Shown: one piece after another, positions 60,381-64,000 of the stretch
Position numbering within the stretch: position 1 is the first letter of the stretch
How the letters are laid out: every line of letters begins with the position of its first letter
NCBI GenBank assembly: GCA_003452965.1
Contig: DMMW01000084.1
Location: 20 to 64,019 of the forward strand
Direction of reading: 5' to 3'
Origin: Elusimicrobiota bacterium
Lineage (GTDB): Bacteria; Elusimicrobiota; UBA8919
DNA length: 64,000 bases
Program-made: the position numbers and the translations under genes
Notes under the pieces: generated by a model
The model's input: only the letters and a program-made list of their open reading frames with translations
What the model was told of the DNA's origin: nothing
Database searches by the model: none

Positions 60381-61216
60381 TAGTTGCGATATTTGGTGTA
60401 GGATTAATAGGCGGTTCAATAGGACTGGCTTTAAAAAAATCAAGATTTAAAATAAAAAAAATCATAGGTCTGGGTAGAAATATCAAGCGGTTAAAAATTG
60501 CCCAAAAGTTAGGAGCAATAGATGAATTTACCACTAATTTTCAAAAAGCCGTAAGAAACGCTGATATCATATTTATATGTTTTCCAGTAGCGCTTATTCC
60601 GTCAACCGTTAAAAAAATATTGCCGTTTTGTAAAAAAGAAGCTGTTATAACGGATGTCGGTAGTGTTAAACAGTCTATAGTTAAAGAAATTGAAAACTAT
60701 ATATTTTCAAAAAACTCGTCAGGACCTGCCTTTATTGGCGGCCATCCTATAGCCGGTTCCGAAAAAACTTCGGTAAAATACGCGTCTGAAAATCTCTTTA
60801 AAAATGCCGTTGTAGTATTAACACCTACAAAAACATCCGGCAAAAATTCATTAAAAAAGATTAAACAAATATGGGAAAATATGAATGCTAAAGTAAGGAT
60901 AATGTCTCCTGAAAAGCATGACAAGATATTATCGTTTACAAGCCACCTGCCTCATGTAATTGCTTTTTCATTAGTTAATACCGTAGATAATCTTGAATAT
61001 ACGGGTGGTGGTTTTAAAGATACTACCAGAATAGCATCTTCAGATTTTAGAATGTGGGCTGATATAATATGGGAAAATAGAAGTAACATAATATATTCAA
61101 TCAGAAAATTCAAACAAGAACTATTAAAAATTGAAAAATCAAAATCAAAAAGCGAAATGCTAAGGATATTCAGGAAAGCGAAAAATAAAAGGGATACATT
61201 AAGACCATCAAAATAA
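60377..61216 (+). CDS. tyrA: prephenate dehydrogenase
   Basis: [13 protein letters not shown] Rossmann start, HPIAGSE motif. Confidence 0.8.
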   Translation: MIVAIFGVGLIGGSIGLALKKSRFKIKKIIGLGRNIKRLKIAQKLGAIDEFTTNFQKAVRNADIIFICFPVALIPSTVKKILPFCKKEAVITDVGSVKQSIVKEIENYIFSKNSSGPAFIGGHPIAGSEKTSVKYASENLFKNAVVVLTPTKTSGKNSLKKIKQIWENMNAKVRIMSPEKHDKILSFTSHLPHVIAFSLVNTVDNLEYTGGGFKDTTRIASSDFRMWADIIWENRSNIIYSIRKFKQELLKIEKSKSKSEMLRIFRKAKNKRDTLRPSK

Positions 61217-61340
61217 AGATTACGATATTTTAGAGACAAGATTTAATCAGTGGTGGGTAAATAATTGGTGTTAAAAATTCCTGCCCGACTATCAAAAAAA
61301 CTATGAAGGTCAGGCGGGTGTGTAATCAATAATTTAAATT

Positions 61341-62594
61341 ATGCTAAAGATAACGGGTGAGATAGAAGTATCTCCAGATAAATCAATATCACATAGGGCC
61401 CTTATGATATCCGCGATATCAGAAGGCACTTCCAGAATAAAAAATTTTCTTAATGCTGATGATTGTATATCAACAATGAACTGTCTTAAAAATCTGGGCA
61501 TTGACATAACAAATAAAAAAGACGAGGTCATTGTTAGAGGTAAAGGTTTGAAATTACAAGAGCCGAAAAAGGTATTGGATGCCGGTAATTCCGGGACTAC
61601 AGTGCGGCTTCTTTCCGGTATACTTGCCGGGCAGGAATTTATAACAAAAATTACCGGCGACGAATCACTTTCAAGGCGGCCTATGAAAAGAATAGTAGAA
61701 CCGCTCGAGAGAATGGGTGCGAATATAAATACAAATAACGGATGTCTTCCAATTGAAATAAAAGGTGGTAATCTGAAACCGATAAATTACGAGTCAAAAA
61801 TATCTTCAGCACAGTTAAAGTCATGTGTTTTATTAGCCGGACTTTATGCCGATAACATAACCGGTTTTACCGAACCGGAAAAATCTCGTGATCATACCGA
61901 AAGAATGTTGAAGAATTTCGGTGCTGAAGTTTTCGTTAACTGGAACACCGTTTCAGTCAGGGGTAAGGCAAAACTCCGGGCTACCGATGTTTTTGTCCCG
62001 GGCGATATTTCTTCTGCGGCATTTTTTATCGTTGCAGCTGCGATAGTTAAAAATTCAAAATTAAAAATAAAAAATGTAGGTATAAATTCTACAAGAGTGG
62101 GTATTGTAGATGTATTAAGGAGAATGGGGTCGCATTTATCTATTGAAAATAAAAAAGAAGTAGGAAATGAGCCGATGGGGGATATAATAATTGAATCGTC
62201 AGATTTAATATCAACTGAAATAAAAAAAGAAGAGATTCCTTTTTTAATTGATGAAATACCGGTAATAGCGGTTGCAGCAACACAATCAAACGGAATAACA
62301 AAGATTACCGGTGCCAAAGAACTTCGTGTTAAAGAAACAGATCGTTTAAGTGCAATATCAACGGAACTTAAGAAAATGGGTGCAGATATAACTGAATTAG
62401 AAGACGGGCTGATAATTAAGGGACCTACAAAATTAAAAGGAGCAACTGTTAATTCATACAAAGACCATCGTATTGCAATGTCCTTGGCGATAGCCTCGCT
62501 GGTTGCGGAAGGTAATACTGAAATAATAGACAAGGAGTGTGTTAATATATCATTCCCTGAATTTTGGAACATACTCGGCAAAATAACAAAGTGA
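61341..62594 (+). CDS. aroA: 3-phosphoshikimate 1-carboxyvinyltransferase (EPSP synthase)
   Basis: EPSP synthase motifs (LDAGNSGTTVRLL, RPM.R). Confidence 0.92.
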   Translation: MLKITGEIEVSPDKSISHRALMISAISEGTSRIKNFLNADDCISTMNCLKNLGIDITNKKDEVIVRGKGLKLQEPKKVLDAGNSGTTVRLLSGILAGQEFITKITGDESLSRRPMKRIVEPLERMGANINTNNGCLPIEIKGGNLKPINYESKISSAQLKSCVLLAGLYADNITGFTEPEKSRDHTERMLKNFGAEVFVNWNTVSVRGKAKLRATDVFVPGDISSAAFFIVAAAIVKNSKLKIKNVGINSTRVGIVDVLRRMGSHLSIENKKEVGNEPMGDIIIESSDLISTEIKKEEIPFLIDEIPVIAVAATQSNGITKITGAKELRVKETDRLSAISTELKKMGADITELEDGLIIKGPTKLKGATVNSYKDHRIAMSLAIASLVAEGNTEIIDKECVNISFPEFWNILGKITK

Positions 62595-62626
62595 AGATTG
62601 TTGATAAAATCAACAATCTCTGATTA

Positions 62627-62740
62627 CACGGATTGGGGAACCCCGTAGAACGGGGATGTAGCCTTGTTCGGTGTGGTAGGTCCCTTGTCTCGCCGAAGCT
62701 CATAAGAGCGTAGGCGGACGAACTTCGTGTACAAAATTAC
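62627..62740 (+). repeat. 114-bp dispersed repeat, copy 2
   Basis: About 97% identical to 45231-45344; preceded by TGATTACACGGATT and ends AATTACACAGATTAAG. Confidence 0.85.
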
Positions 62741-63093
62741 ACAGATTAAGGCAAGACGTCAAGACCATTTGAGTTTTTTTTGATAGTCTCAAAGTGAAAA
62801 ATGTTGATTATTACAAAAAATTTTCAAAAACAGTAGAAAAAGATTTTTAATATTATAAGGTTATTGAAAAATCTCGTCAAGATGTCATTCCTGCAAAAGT
62901 AGGAATCTATACTCAGACATGAATGGATTCCCAATAATAATGTTCGGGAATGATGGCAAGGGATTTTTAACGACAAATTTGAAAATGATGATGCTTTTTT
63001 ATAATTCATTTCCAATCAGTCGGACACTGTCTGGACAATCTAAAAAAGATAAGGAAATTGTAATTGGTTGGAAATATTGACAAAATTATATAA

Positions 63094-63128
63094 TCTAATA
63101 TAATAGATATGTGTCTAATATAATAGAT
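63094..63128 (+). promoter_or_regulatory. 15-bp direct repeat TCTAATATAATAGAT x2 overlapping a putative promoter (TTGACA at 63078)
   Basis: Two identical 15-mers separated by 5 bp, directly upstream of a wHTH-NTase gene; candidate autoregulatory operator. Confidence 0.4.
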
Positions 63129-63145
63129 TATAGTTGAATACTTAA

Positions 63146-63679
63146 ATGATTGAAAAAATTATATTTTTTACTAATTGTCAAAAAATACTTTCATTTCTTG
63201 CGCAGAATCCCGATAAAGAATATTTTGATCGGAAGATATCAAATCTTTCAGGTGTAAGCCGCGCTGGAACTAATTTCGCTTTAAGGGATTTAGCAAAAGC
63301 GGGTTTAGTATCAAGAGAAAAACGAGGGAGGATGTATTTTTATAAAGTTTTGGCAGAGGATACGTTTATTAAACATTTTAAGATATTGCAGAATATAATT
63401 ATTATTTATCATTTGGTTCTAAAAATAAAAGAATTATCATTAAAAATAGTTCTTTTTGGGAGTGCCGGAAAAGGTGAAAATACTGATGAAAGCGATGTAG
63501 ATATTTTTATTATGACAAGGAGTCCTGATGAGATTAAAAAAATAATATTTGAAGATAAATTACGAGAGAAAATTCAGTATATTATAAATACGCCTAATGA
63601 ATATATAAAATTAAAAAAAGATAATTCTATATTTTACAAAGAAATAGAAAAAGGCATAACTTTATGGCAAACAAAATAA
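63146..63679 (+). CDS. wHTH-fused minimal nucleotidyltransferase (MntA-like antitoxin candidate)
   Basis: N-terminal winged HTH; NTase motif LFGSAGKGENTDESDVDIF (GS...DxD). Confidence 0.75.
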   Translation: MIEKIIFFTNCQKILSFLAQNPDKEYFDRKISNLSGVSRAGTNFALRDLAKAGLVSREKRGRMYFYKVLAEDTFIKHFKILQNIIIIYHLVLKIKELSLKIVLFGSAGKGENTDESDVDIFIMTRSPDEIKKIIFEDKLREKIQYIINTPNEYIKLKKDNSIFYKEIEKGITLWQTK

Positions 63680-64000
63680 ACTTAGAATTTCAAAAGGCTT
63701 TAGAGAGAAAAAGAATACTTCCATTTTCTAATGGTAAAAAACTTGTTGAGAAAGAGATAAAACAAGCAGAGGATGACTTGATTGAAGCAAAAGACAGAAT
63801 TAAAAATGAAAAGTTTAAGTATGCAACTATTAATGCCTATTATTCAATGTTTCATACTGCAAGAGGGCTTATCTATTCAAAAGGATACAGGGAAAAGAGC
63901 CATTATTACCTACTTGTTGCAATTCAGACATTATTTGTTGAAAACGGATTATTGGAAGAAGAATTGGTAAAAGATTTTCATACAGCAATGGTTCTTAGAG
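63664..64000 (+). CDS. HEPN-domain protein (HepT-like toxin candidate), 3' end truncated by the window
   Basis: ATG overlaps the NTase stop by 16 bp in the +1 frame; translation MANKINLEFQKALERKRILPF...AYYSMFHTARGLIYSKGYREKSHYYLLVAIQ fits HEPN helices; absent from the ORF track because no stop is reached. Confidence 0.6.
   Translation, partial: MANKINLEFQKALERKRILPFSNGKKLVEKEIKQAEDDLIEAKDRIKNEKFKYATINAYYSMFHTARGLIYSKGYREKSHYYLLVAIQTLFVENGLLEEELVKDFHTAMVLR

Noticed and set aside
1-64000. tRNA, rRNA, tmRNA or RNase P genes
   Set aside because: All intergenic regions were scanned by eye for the T-arm GGTTCRANYC consensus and for long GC-rich structured stretches. None was found, and the GC-rich segments are accounted for by dispersed repeats.

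Overview
This is an AT-rich bacterial chromosomal window of about 64 kb in which every credible gene lies on the + strand; all long minus-strand ORFs are antisense to well-supported genes. The core is housekeeping with a Firmicutes/Thermotogae-like layout: trxB, ychF, a two-component and c-di-GMP cluster enclosing udg and priA, def-fmt, htpX, rpe, rpsP-KH-trmD-rplS-rnhB, dprA-topA-xerC, rpsB-tsf-pyrH-frr-uppS-cdsA-dxr-rseP, ispG, murC-murB-ddl-ftsQ-ftsA-ftsZ, pilT, and an aromatic amino-acid cluster pheA-hisC-aroF-tyrA-aroA. Two features stand out. First, a compact type II restriction-modification-like island lies between rseP and ispG: a 363-aa unrecognised candidate nuclease ORF translationally coupled to a Dam-family N6-adenine methyltransferase. 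Second, the window carries an unusually dense set of small, GC-rich, MITE/REP-like dispersed repeats in a genome that is otherwise very AT-rich. One repeat copy is inserted in frame inside the essential ispG gene, a partial copy supplies the ribosome-binding site of rpsP, and copies flank the R-M island and a stand-alone LigD phosphoesterase gene. The window ends with a wHTH-nucleotidyltransferase/HEPN toxin-antitoxin-like pair. No tRNA, rRNA, CRISPR array or transposase gene was detected by eye.
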